Positions 36,066 to 48,210 of a stretch of 64,000 nucleotides of DNA are shown piece by piece. Positions within the stretch are counted from its first letter, which is position 1. The number at the start of each line of letters is the position of its first letter. The notes beneath the pieces were generated by a model. The model made no database searches and was not told where the DNA came from. It saw only the letters and a list, made by a program, of their open reading frames with translations. Location: NCBI GenBank assembly GCA_030704615.1, contig CM060731.1, positions 31,744,001 to 31,808,000 on the forward strand, given 5' to 3'. This DNA is from Takakia lepidozioides (taxonomy: Eukaryota; Plantae; Bryophyta). Position numbers and translations under genes: made by a program.

Positions 36066-36650
36066 CAACGCCATCAACGAGTACACCCAAGGAGGTTGTA
36101 CACCACACCAAGTGCCGTCAAAATCTTGTCGCCTGAGGATCCAGGCCAAGCAGCATACGATGGCCACCTCACGGCAGGCTTGAAACGGCTCTTACCATAC
36201 CATATGAGGAACTTGTCGAAGTAGAGGAATAAACTTTCACAGACATGTCTGGCGAGATTTGAAAGAGTAGTTTTCTTGCTTTGACGTTGTCTCATGTCCT
36301 CTGGTTCATGGAGCTCATGACAACAAAAGTCGAGCGGCAGCGGACGTACTGGGCGCCGAGCAGAAAGGATGGTCAGGGGGACGACTGTTCCCCTTGCCCA
36401 GCAGCTAAAGTCGTAAAGATTGAACGGGAAGTATTGTGGCAGGAAGATATTGCTGGGGGCACGCAAGGGACATCATCCCATGACCATTCTCCCACCAGAG
36501 CTAACCAAATTTTAGTGAACACGCGGGTCGCTGGAAGTCCACCATGTTCAGAAATCCATTTTCGAGCCGCTACCATGGATGCTTCATTGGGTTGGGATCC
36601 TGACGCTTTTAAGGCCACATAACACTCGACGGTGGTGCTAAGGTCACCTG
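36066..36650 (-). pseudogene. shc: Squalene-hopene cyclase, piece 2 (directly continues piece 1, inverted)
   Basis: PGDLSTTVECYVALK...RVFTKIWLAL.GEWSW...PFNLYDFSCWARGTVVPL...WILRRQDFDGTWCGVQPPWVYSLMAL; two frameshifts; ends before the DxDD motif. Confidence 0.9.
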
Positions 36651-36987
36651 CACACACTCTCAACACAAGAAATATGAAATCCATCGCTATCACTCTTTAA
36701 AAATAGAAGTCGAGCCAGGGGCACCCCAAGCTATGGGGACTCCACCCCACAACAACCTACACTCCCATCATAAGCACACTCAGATCTAAACGCATGAAGG
36801 AGCTCGGTCGCGCAGGCTCAACTCGAGAGAGATGAGCTACGCGACTGCCGCTCTCGTGAAGATAAGGCGGTTCAGGTGTCAAACTAAACTTGACACCTGA
36901 TTTAACACTTGACCTAAATCCAAGTGTTAAATACAAATAACTAGCTTTATTCTAGTTGTTTTCACACTGTGCTTATTTAACTTGACA
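36651..36987 (-). repeat. Terminal repeat A1 (5' end of element)
   Basis: Direct repeat of 24693-25017. Confidence 0.95.
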
Positions 36988-39900
36988 AACCCCTGCTCCC
37001 AACTCTTATCAGAACCATCCAAACCGGGTTTATCAAAGGAAGATACATCCTCGACAATGTCCTTTTGGCACAAGAAGTTTCCTCCTATGCCACCCAATCT
37101 GGCTAGGCCCTAGCTCTTTTGCTCCTAGATTTTGAAAAGGCCTTTGACAGAGTTGACTGGACGTTTCTCCAAGGGGTCCTAAGGAAATTGGGCCTCCCTG
37201 AAGGATTCTGTCAATGGGTGCACTTCCTTCTAGAGGGGGCCACAAGCAGAGTTGTGGTCAATGGCCACCTATCCAAAGCCTTCCATCTCCAGAGATCGGT
37301 AAGACAAGGCTGTCCACTAGCCTCATTTCTTTTCTTATTTGTAGCTGACGCTCTTGGATACATGCTAGAAAACAATTCAATAGTCAAAGGCCTCAAAGTC
37401 CAGAACCCAAAAACCCAGCTTTGGGGCCGGGTCAGGTAAAAAACTCTAGGTTTGTCGACGAAACCTTCTTGCTACTAGAAGCCACCCCCTCTACCTTGGC
37501 TGCTGCAGAATCAACACTCCTACAATTTTGCGGGGTCTCTGGTTTCAAGGTCAACTGGTCCAAGACCAAAGCTCTTCTAGTGGGGGACCTCTCTAAATCC
37601 ACCATTGGAGTATCCCCAACCTGGGGTGGACATCTTGGCCTAGTTTGGCTAAAAGAAGGTAACCCAACCACATTGCTGGGGCATACCTTTGGTATCAACC
37701 TCAAGAACAAAGAATGGGCCCCACCATTCGGGTGCTCAAAAAGAAGTTGGCCTACTGGGGTTCATGCCCCCTTTCACCCACTGGAAGGGCACTCGCGGCC
37801 AACCAAATCCTTATGGCAGGCATCTTGTTCTTTGCCTCCGCATGGGGCCCTGATTCCAAGTTTCTAAATGAGGTCAAAAGATTAATTAGAAACTTCATTT
37901 GGGGAGCCATAGATCTCTTCCACTGAGAAAAAGAGACCACAAGTCTCTTGGCAATAAATCTATCTCCCAAAGAAAATGAGAGGCCTGTACTGGAACCGGA
38001 GACCCAGATTAAAGCCCTTCTTGGCAAATGGCTCCCAAGGCTTCTCGGGCCTGAGGGGGGCTGGTGGAAACTGTTGCTGGTAGGCACCATCATGGCTTCA
38101 TCCCCTAGCCAGGGGACTGTTTGGCCTGCTTCTACTCGTTGGATAGTTGAAGGCTTCAACCACAAATCACCTGGTTTGCCTCTATGGAAATCTGTTTGGG
38201 CCGCTTGGAGCTCTTTCAGATCTTTCCTGATAAAGAAGGCTCCTGCTACCTTCCACGAGACTATGAGACAGCCCATCTTCTTTAATTCCCCCAACCCCAC
38301 CTATGAAGAGAGGAGTAACGCAAATAAATGGGCTCAATGGGAATCAAGAGGTATAGCCACTATCAGGAATCTATGGGTCACCACTCCCCTCTCCCTTGAG
38401 ATGGCTCTGGGAGCAAGACGCACCAGGTCTAGCATCACACATGTTATCGAATCCATTCCCAACTCCTGGAAATTGCTGTTAAAAGATGGCCCTGCTCCCT
38501 TCTCTGCACACCAATGGGTTCTCTCTATTCCTCCATCCCTTCAGGTCCTTTATCTCACAGTCACCGATTCTGATTCTATTACTGGCTACGAATTCTATGT
38601 AGATGCCCTCACGGCTTTCTATCATTGTCATCTCTTAATACTATCTCCATCCCCTCCTCCTTGGCCTCTCCTGCTCGCATCTGCTTATGGTTCCGACCCA
38701 TCCGGACCCCTCGACCCCAAAGCTCCCGTTGCCTCTCCACCCCTGCCTTGGTTGAAAACCAGAAATTTGTCCTCATTGGTGGCACGGACATTCCATCCCT
38801 ACAGCTGGACCCGGCTGAGTGGAACTTGTCATTTCAAAACGAATTCCATCCCTTCTTCTCCTATTCCGCAAAGAAGGCCTACTGAGCCTTGCTTTGTGCA
38901 AAACCCCTCTTTGCGAAATGGAATGCCAGATGGAGTCATGAAAACTTTGCAAATGAAAAGAAGAGTATCTGGTCTACTATCTAGGACAAAACCAAATTGG
39001 CCAAGGTTAGTGCCTTCCTGTGGCAAGTGGCCAACAGGGTACTCAAAGTGGGCCAATTCTTGAATTTCAGGGACGCTCTGCTCTGTCAATGTTGCAACAT
39101 TGGAATCATTGAATCCCTTGATCACTGCCTCATTGATTGTGTCGCCCCACACACCATTTGGTCCTTGGTGCGAACTCTTTACCAGGCCTAGGGCATGATT
39201 CCTCCGCAACCAGTCGCCATTCTCTTGAACTTTGACAAAAGGGGGAAAAATATGGTTTCCGATTGCCCAATGTTCGAGGCTCTCAGGGCAGCAACCCTCT
39301 AAAACTTATGGAAATGCAAATGTGCATGGGTCCTAGACAATGACAATACCTCTCCGACTACGCTGCTCACTCAAGTTTTATTTGATCTTACAATAGCAGC
39401 TAAGAAGGCTTGGGCGGTTTTGTGTGCAGAAGTCGCCAAGAAACAGCAGCGTCAGCCAGCCCTCCTCCATGCCTACCGATCAACGTGGGCGAAGCTTGGG
39501 ATCATTTGTGAATGCTCTGATGGGCTCTCCTGTGTTTGGTCAGATTCAATCCCCGAGTGTTGACGAGGGCACAGGGCGAGGCTATTTAGCTTCCCCAGAA
39601 TTTGATAGGTCCGAAGTCAACTGGAAACACATCATATCGTCTTCAGCCGCCAAACTCCACTTTCATAGATAGATTGCTTGTGAACCTCTCTTCGGGCCTG
39701 GTCTTCTGGCTTGTTTCTCAATGGCTGATCTAGCTACGACCTCATCTCTCATGGGCCTAGTGTATCTGTTTCAACATCCCTGCTACAGTATTTTGCAGAT
39801 TGCTGTTCTTTAGGGCTTTCATGTTCTTTGATCATGAGCCTCAGTAATTGGTCTCGTCACCTTTACATATATTGTTTGTGAGTTATCCAGCGCGGTCCAC

Positions 39901-42900
39901 CGTGAGAACATGCCTCATGGCAGCCTTCGGGCACCCCAGGGTTTTTAATTTTTTTCCCTCAAATAATCGAATAATGCTCCAAGGGCTTCCTCCCCTTTCT
40001 CTTTTAAAAAAAAAAAAAAAAGAGAAAAAAAAGAAAAAAGAAGAAGAAGTGTAAGGCATAATAGAAAACAAGCGTTTTCCGGTCTACCTCCAAAATGGGT
40101 CAGCTGAGCTACTTCATGAGTTATGGGGGTAAAAATCGAAAAATTCGCCTCAATGCGCCTGTAGTTGAATATCAGCAGCCTGATTTTCCTATGTGTACCT
40201 GTTTAAACGTGCCACTTGTTATATAGCCACTTTTCTAACCTGCCACCTTGTATATCTTGCCACATGGGCGCTGGGTAGAATTTGCATGTGCCCTTGTGGC
40301 AATTCTGGAAAAATGAGAAAAAAAACGCTAGACTGACTACCAACAGGCCCGCATGAGGTATCCAAGTCTCTCCCTCCCTTTGCTCTCTCTCACACACACA
40401 GCCAATGCTGACAGCCTTCAGGTCCTTTCACAAGTGTGACCATGTTTTGATTCCCCTTGGTTGGGGAGGCGTAACTTTTGGTTTCTTGTCCAAGTCTGGA
40501 TTTTTTTGGTACCTCCAAAGTTGATGTTGTAAGCTTTCCTAGTTATTTGAACCTAACAGTATCTCCTTTGGTTACACCTCAGGATGTGGACTGTAATAAG
40601 TTTCCATGCACCACAGCACGTCATTGGTCGACGTCCTTCACAACATCTCCTGCTTCACTATCAGCCCAGCCCCATGTTGGAACATCTTATAATGTAAAGA
40701 GATTGTATGCAAGTTGGTTTTTTTGGAGACAGAGACGGAAATATAACTAACTTGTGTGTGATGGGGTCAGATGATTTGGTAAAGATAATGGAGCGAGTCC
40801 GGCAGGTACCACAATGGGCACTTCTGACACTGCTCCCGCTGGTTGATTGAGAGCCATGCTGGCTGGTGACAACTGCACTGTTGATGTCGGGCTGGACGGA
40901 GCACTGGACTCTGGCGAGAATCCTCGACAATACTCTGGTCCTGAAGATTCCTCGGAGTCAGATTCGTGGTTCCACTCGTGGTGGTCCAAATTCTGCTCCT
41001 GGCTGAGGGTCTCCTGATCTGCAATCGGGCCCGCCTTCCGGATGGATTGTAAAATCCTTTATCGGTTCTCCGCTCGAACCAACCTTCGTCTCAGTCGCGT
41101 ATCTGTGGAAGATCCTGATTCGGGTAGCGGGGCGCTGGACTCTGAGCTAGACATGCACTCGCTGCTCTTCTCCTTCCTGAAGCAAGGCAACACTTGTAGG
41201 GCCCAATGGCACACCCAAGATATCCACAACTTTAGCGTCTCACTTCCTAGCTAATGGTTACATCAAGATTTAATTCCTCCGAGTTTGGGTATGAACGTCC
41301 TTCTTCTTGATAACCGAAATGATTCAATCTACAACAATTTGTTCGTAAATTTTGGATGTATTTGGCTCCTAGGTCAAAGTCAATACCACACCTATTGCTG
41401 CCTAGTGCTTCAAAACAAATCTATGTCTGTTTCTCTGCTCTTCTATGCTAAAGAAACGACAAATTCTATGCACTCTCTAGATCTAGGATTCTTTCTGCAA
41501 AAGCTCCTTAACGTTTCTAGACAAATGCAACTTCACAATGATTGGCACAGCTCAATCTACTTCCAAGTCTAATGAATCCTCTCCAAACCAATACAATTCA
41601 CTATCCAAATGAGCAGGGCGTGGGGAGCGAACGGTAGGAGGTACACGATTTACCCAATGTGGCAACACTGGTAGTGTTCTTACTGCAACCTGCAAAGTGG
41701 TGATAGGTCCAAGGCTCCCAGTGGCTTTTTGCGACCTTGCTCGGGGAGTGCGTTCCCATGAGCGGTGACCAAGAGGGTCCAGCAGATTAGAAACCGGCGA
41801 AATTACAAACTACACCCCTAAACCCGCGGGATTATAAGTCTGGAATGGAGGCAAGTCGGCGCCGTCATACCTTCAGACTCAATGTGATTTTTGGAACAAT
41901 TTTGCCAACCTGTTGTTGCGAGCTGGTGAAGCACGCTGGTCCATAAAACCAAGCTAACTGATAAGAAGGGTAAGAGACTGGAAAAAGCTTGGTGGTGCTG
42001 CTGCTAGATGTATTCCTGCTGTCTCCGATTTCAAATGACCACATCGGATCGTATTTCATAAGTCCTACAATCAAACTGGATAATTCCCACTGCTTGGTCT
42101 TTGGATATATGGAAGACTGCACAGTTGGATTGAAATGGTCCATCTAGTATGTGGATTTTGGTTTGATCTTGATATGCTCCTGAGGTAACCTGTGTGAATG
42201 AATTTTGAAGATGGTCCAAATTATCATCCTTGAAGCAGTGGAAGCTGCTCCTGTGAAATGACTCTCCTGAGGGAAACTCCAGCCAACAGCTACTTACAAG
42301 GCATCGGGAGGCATCTGCCTCATTTCTAATTTCGCAATTTCAAAGATAATCTTGAGCATTGCTGCAAACTGAGATCCTCCAAAAGCCTGCTCCTACACTG
42401 CAACCCCGCGTGCAGATTGATCTGCTCATAAGACCTGCACACTCCACAGTACAAACAGCTGATAATAAATCCCTAACAACTTCCGGATGAATCCCAAATA
42501 GTCAAACAAGCACAATGCGTAAGATCGGTTTCACACAATATCTTACAATGTATGCATAGGATTCCAAGTGTGTCTTATTTGCAGTAATGCCCTTACAAGA
42601 GTGAAATTCCATGAGGACATGCAGTCTACTTGACCTTTTGTTTATCACAATTCCAGTGCTTCCTGTGTTGTGATGGTAAGCACTGGCATAAACTGTTTCC
42701 ACCTTACCTTACACAGGTTGCATTAGTCTGGCACTCTCATTGGAAAATAGAGCACGCATATGATGTAATTGAGCACTCTCCTTGGACTACATTTGGTTGA
42801 TCCCTAAGGGATTTCAGGACTCAAGTGAATAGAGCATTGTTTATAGCGACATACCTATTTCTTGTGAGTGTCCAGCAAGCCATCAGCTCGTCCCTCCTCG

Positions 42901-45019
42901 TCATCTATTTCCATCGTCTTTCCGCTCTGTTTTCCAGTCATCCTGCGGATCCATCAACAGATTTAATGTTGATGAGACTTTATAATTGCTCTGTGGAGAG
43001 GGCCTACTCTACTCTGAATGTCAAGCACCATACCGGAAACTGAAAAAAGCTCCTACAAATGTAGGGTGTGGATATATGCACTCTGAATCAAAGGATGCAA
43101 GAGGGTGAGTCCTTCATGTCCTCGAGTGTCGTGATGAGTGTCCAAGCTCAGCAGAATGATCCTTATGTTGACATGCCATATCATATATCCACATGGCGTG
43201 GCAGTGAAAGGCTGCAAACTCGACAAACTTTTCAAATTATCTAATTATCTTGCATTCCATATTTCATGACAGAGTGCAACAGCCAAGCCTCATCCAGGTT
43301 ATTAACAGAGAACTGGATGGGTCGGAGACCAGCTTTTTTATAGTCACGCGAATAAGGTGAACTGAGGTGGAGGTGGTTAAGGAGTTAAGAGAGAGATCGC
43401 TGACCTCGGCTTCCATCGTGAACATGCCCCTCACATCATCCATTCGCAATGTCGTTGTTCCCTTAACAACACCCCTATCCTCTGTAACTTTCTTCACAGG
43501 CGTGCTTGAATCCACGTGGGGCTCTTCAACCTCATCTTCCTCTTCTTCTTTATCCTCTGCCATGTTTTTACAAGGCTAACGCATAAGGGAAATATCCACA
43601 ACAAATGCGATAGGATGTCTAAGAAAATCTTACATTATGCTGGACACTCCTACGAGGGCAAACCAACACCAACCAGAGTTGACCATACCATTACACAATT
43701 CAGAAAACTGTCATCAAGACATCCACTGTCAGTTTCAACATAACCTTGTCCAACATGCAAATAGTTGGAGGACCAGACTGGGTATGTCCTCAAAGAATTT
43801 GTTCAATGACATGAATTCACCTATGATTACAGCATTTGAAGTTATTTTAGTATTGCTCAGCATAGCACAACTCAAAGCTGGTAAACCTAGTTACCGATGG
43901 AAGTGTCAGAGTTGCTAGGCTGTATCCCTCAACTTGAAGTCTTGAAAGAGTACATGTCAAGATATCTCCTCTTGCCGGCGCCTAGTGTGCATTGCATTGA
44001 GCTCTGCAACTTGTCACTCCGACTGTGTCTTAGAGCATCCCCACCCTTCTCACTGAGATGGCCCCTCTATGGCTATTTTGAAGGAGTTGGTTCAGGTCTC
44101 TCGAAAGGTGTGTGAAGGGGTCGGCTGCTCGTAGCCACACCCTTGCCCCTCGTTACGCCCTTGTATCCTCTGTCCATCTCCTCTTGGCGGCGCCGAGTGT
44201 GCATTGCAATCGTCGCTCCAACCTGTCTTAGGTTGCACAAATTCCTCTCCTCGAGTATTGTCTGCATCCAGCAAACGCTTTACCTCTTAATGAGCTATTA
44301 CGCTTTCTTCAAAGGATGGCTGCTTCCAAGCCCACTTGGTTCCTCCCCTTGCCCCTTCAGGATTCCACCTTTCGGAAGCGAAAGCCCTTCTATATTATGG
44401 AATTGACGACCAGGCCATCAAACACCCAGATCTCAATCTTCTTAGCTTTTCATGTTTTGGGAAATATTGTCTCAATAGGACTTGCTCAATAGACGATTGT
44501 AATAGGCCGGTTTACAAGTAAGCTCCACAGCAATTTGTGTTAGGGGATGGCACTCCTTCAATTTTATGCCCAGGGCTGAGGGCATAAAATTGAAGGGGCT
44601 CCCACACCAGGCTCTTCCTCTGCGTAAGGAAATGGGATGATTTCTTTTTCCTTTCAATGTTTTGATGATCAAAAGAATTGGGACTAATGAAGGAAAACAT
44701 CTTGGAGGTAAAAGATAGGGAAATGTCAGAGGTGTGCATTCCAAATAGTGTAATCAACAATGTGCATTATACTTTTTTGTATTGCCCTCATACTCGTTGC
44801 TGACGAGTACATAACGGAAGGATATTAATGAAGAGAAATCAGCCCCAGCCCCAGTTCTTTACAAGTTTTTAAAGCACATCAACAAGAAGCCTTACAGCTT
44901 ATCAATTTCAGTGAGTTTGTTCAAGGGATGACATCTGTAGGATAGTGGTGTGTTTCACCTTTTCTAGAGTATGTCCTGAATTAAGAAATTTTCCTTTGTA
45001 CAACAAGTGGGGATGTAAC

Positions 45020-48000
45020 TTATGCTGTGACAACGAAGGCCCTGGACGTGCCAGTAAAATGCTTCACAGCGCCGAAGATGTGCTTGTTCGCACCAAAATG
45101 TCGTATCCTATACACTCCTGGACGAGCGGTGTCTGGAACCTCCCAGACAATTGTGGCGTAGCTATGTGTGCTGTAATGCAAAGGTCGGCTCCAGATAAAC
45201 TTCACACTCCAGTCATCGTCATCATAGGCTGGCTGCCAGACAGCTGCTGCATCAAGGATTTCCACCAATGCAAATGTTCCCTCGGTATAGAGATCGTTGC
45301 GGGGGCACCCTGTGTAGAACACTGCTTGTACTGCGTCCCCAATTCTGTACGAAGAATTCCTAGGAATATCCTGTTTCATGTCCCCAAATTTCACCCCCAG
45401 AGGTGTTCCATCGGCAACAACTCCAGGCAAAAAACCCATCTGCTGGTCAAAGAGGTCTGGAGGTGAAGGGCCTGGAGCGTTCTCGGACCCCTCTGCCAGT
45501 GCTGTGGCCAGTTTCTTAAACTCTTGGATGTATGCACTCAGTGTATGGGGTCCATATAATGTCGATGCCCCCTGCATGCCAGAGTGTGCTTAAGATTTAC
45601 TGTCACAAAACTTGAATAAGATGGTGGTTCTAAGGAATAATCAGCATTTCATATTGGCACGGCTCGCTTGAGATTCCTAGCAGGTGTCTCTCTATACGCA
45701 TGTATAAAAAGGTGAGAGCCAAGTCAACTCTGAACTCACATTTGAAAGGCAACCAAGAATAGCCACATTGAAAGCAAAGAAGAGCTTTCAAGGATGAAAA
45801 CAAACACACCAAGAAAAAAGGCACATAGAAGAAAAAACAAGGAGAGGAAGGAAACCAGAAGGAATACTGTCTCGTAATAGTACAAGCCAAACCAACTAGA
45901 TTTTGTAAACCATAGGGAAATTCGCATATACTCCTTGCTACTCTTTAGATAGGTGCTGGGAAGGGCTTGGGGTAACCGAGAGAGCCCTTTATAGAAATTT
46001 TTGGGTGATCAAGACATGCTAAGGCTAGGCAAAAATTGGTGGAACTGACCCTAGTTTCCAGGAGCTCTTTAAAGAGAAAAATATAATGCACTCATTCGCT
46101 TGGGATCTTAATGACTTTGTCATAGTCCCTGTGGGACGTTTCGATGGAGTAAAAGGGGGGTATCTAGGGGGTAGGGGTACTGAGAAAGAAAGAGAAGAGA
46201 AAGGACCCACTACCATCCCTGCAGACTGAGGGAGTGAGAGACAGAAAGAAACACAGACCTCATATCTTTGGAACTCGTACTCCTCCAAGGTAGTAACATA
46301 CTGGGAGTACGTGTTGGTAAGCCCTGCAAGAATAACCTGTATACCTTGGCCAAACTTCCCATTTCCTTTCTCCAGGAGTGTCATTTTCACTGCTTCTCGC
46401 AGGCGCCGCCCCGCCATGGTCGTGAATTCTGCAATTTGAGGGAAAAGGAACATGTGATCAAATCTGATGAAAGTACTCCCGAGTGGCATTCACACGAAAT
46501 GCCACAGCCTCTCTTCATTGATGACACGCCAGAACAAAGAGAAAATAAGTAATTTAATTTGTTTTGTCAAATCATCTAATACAAAGTCAGATTGTATCAA
46601 AAAAACTAAAAGAGGTCATGATGATTACCTCCAGGCACGGCCAAAATGATGACTTGACCTATTCTTAGAATTTGAATTGGCAGTATTGCCGGCTGCCATC
46701 ACACCAATTTAGGTGTTACACATCCACATTGGGGAATCTGCACCACAATCTTTCCACTACGATGCCTTCTGAACCCCCCTGCTCTCAAATAAAAAGACAG
46801 GCTTTGTCCCTATGGTCCCAGCAATCACTTATGATGCATCCTGCCAGTAAGAGGACAATGTTTTCCCCTCAATAATTCCATTCTTTGATGCACTAACTAC
46901 AGGTTAGGTCGCAGCTCAAGACAACACACCTCTTTAGTCTGATGCCAATCAACTCCCCGTACACCCTTTAATCAGATTCTTGTGCTGAAGTGCAAACACT
47001 AGGAGAGGGCCAGTGAAGCATACCGCCCATGCATATGGAGTAAACATGTCCCCTGTGTCAATCAAAATGGGTTTTGGCTTTTGGCACTCGATTTGTTCTT
47101 GACTCGGAGCTTTGAGTGCCGAACCCACTAATCTCCAGAACAAGTTCCCCTGCAGAAAGATCACATTTGAATGGTGAGAAGTAGTTGAAAATACAAAAGT
47201 ATATCAATAAGCTGTCATGACTTTACCATCATCTCTGATGCAGCTATCGGGCCCACAAAAATTAACCCCCTCCCATGGGAAGGCAATCATAGGAGTGAGT
47301 TGCTATAGCTCTTTAACAGACCATGGTTCCACACTTGCATTATTAAGCTACTTTCTATGGCCTCAAACACACGCAATATTCAAGGGAGTGACCCCTGGTG
47401 TTGCTTACAATCTGAAGCAAAGTCCTGAACAAAAAGGCAACCACTACTGCCAGGGACACTGATGATGCAAGCAGACTTGCTCTAGCTAGTCTCAAACACT
47501 GATGGAGACCCACCAAAGTGATAGAGGGAGAGATTGCAGCTTCACAGATTGTAATTGTTACTGGCTTCTTGGAAATCTAGTTATCTGATCAGCGGTGAAA
47601 AATGAACAGATTGCACAATATAGATGGAGAGAGAGGTCCACATACCTTATTATCACCTTGCGTGAAGGAAAAGGCTCCAGGCCCGTCGGTTGTTCCTGCA
47701 GCAAAACTGAAACCCACAGCTGCAGGACATGTTGTCACTACTTTACCAGATAAACCTGGTGCACTGGGAGGGAGGGTGACATTGACACTTGAGAAGTCAA
47801 TATAGGCTTGTCTGTAGGCTATCTTCCCCATCACCTCCTTTGTTGCAGTCTCAAAAAGATTTATTGCCTTTTGGGATTGCAGTTCAGCTATAATTTTCGT
47901 GCTTGAAAAGTGATCTTCCGGATATCTGGCATCACACGAAATTACTGTTGGTTAGAGACATGTATGCCTCCTTGAAAAGGAACAGACACTACCTTTCTGA

Positions 48001-48171
48001 GGGTAGTGGGACTTACCTTGATATAAACGTTTTTTCGGGCTTTCCAGATATTCTCTAGAAAGCTCTTCACACAAGCATCAATCTGCGGTGTGTGAGTTGC
48101 CCAGCAATTGATACCCAACAGGGCTGGCTTTAGGCTCAGCCTCAAGATTTTCAAAGGTGGGGAATGCAGCC

Positions 48172-48210
<39 letters not shown>

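Larger units (their letters stand above)
24580..36987 (-). mobile_element. Ty3/Gypsy-type retrotransposon with split direct repeats, encoding a C5 DNA methyltransferase and a PHD finger
   Basis: TGTCA...TGACA ends; 4-bp TSD AACC (24576-24579 / 36988-36991); gag-PR-DNMT-RT-RH-INT-PHD order; terminal repeats A1/B1/A2/B2. Confidence 0.93.
24031..40048 (+). mobile_element. 5'-truncated L1-like LINE (family 2), split into 24031-24579 and 36988-40048 by the Gypsy-type element
   Basis: Removing the insert restores ...ALRIQ|PLLPTLIRTIQTGFIKGRYILDNV; LDFEKAFDRVDW, RQGCPL and zf-RVT (CQCC...DHCLIDC) motifs; A-rich tail 40006-40048; frameshifted. Confidence 0.9.

Noticed and set aside
35123-36650. Bacterial contamination or a functional SHC gene
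   Set aside because: It is embedded in a plant retroelement with a TSD, frameshifted, split and lacks the catalytic half.
24580-36987. DIRS/Ngaro (tyrosine recombinase) classification
   Set aside because: No R-H-R-Y recombinase ORF was seen; a protease, a DDE integrase and a 4-bp TSD are present, and the methyltransferase is C5-type rather than the DAM-like domain of DIRS.
24580-36987. Ginger-type DNA transposon (TGT ends, 4-bp TSD, PHD)
   Set aside because: It encodes gag, PR, RT and RNase H, and the terminal inverted repeat is only 5 bp.
20878-40100. Copia 1 continuing after the L1 tail (perfect triple nesting)
   Set aside because: No gag N-terminus, 5' LTR or LINE TSD was found after 40048.
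40100-44900. Short ORFs and LTR-like tracts
   Set aside because: Probably decayed TE sequence, but no motif, terminal repeat or TSD could be pinned down.
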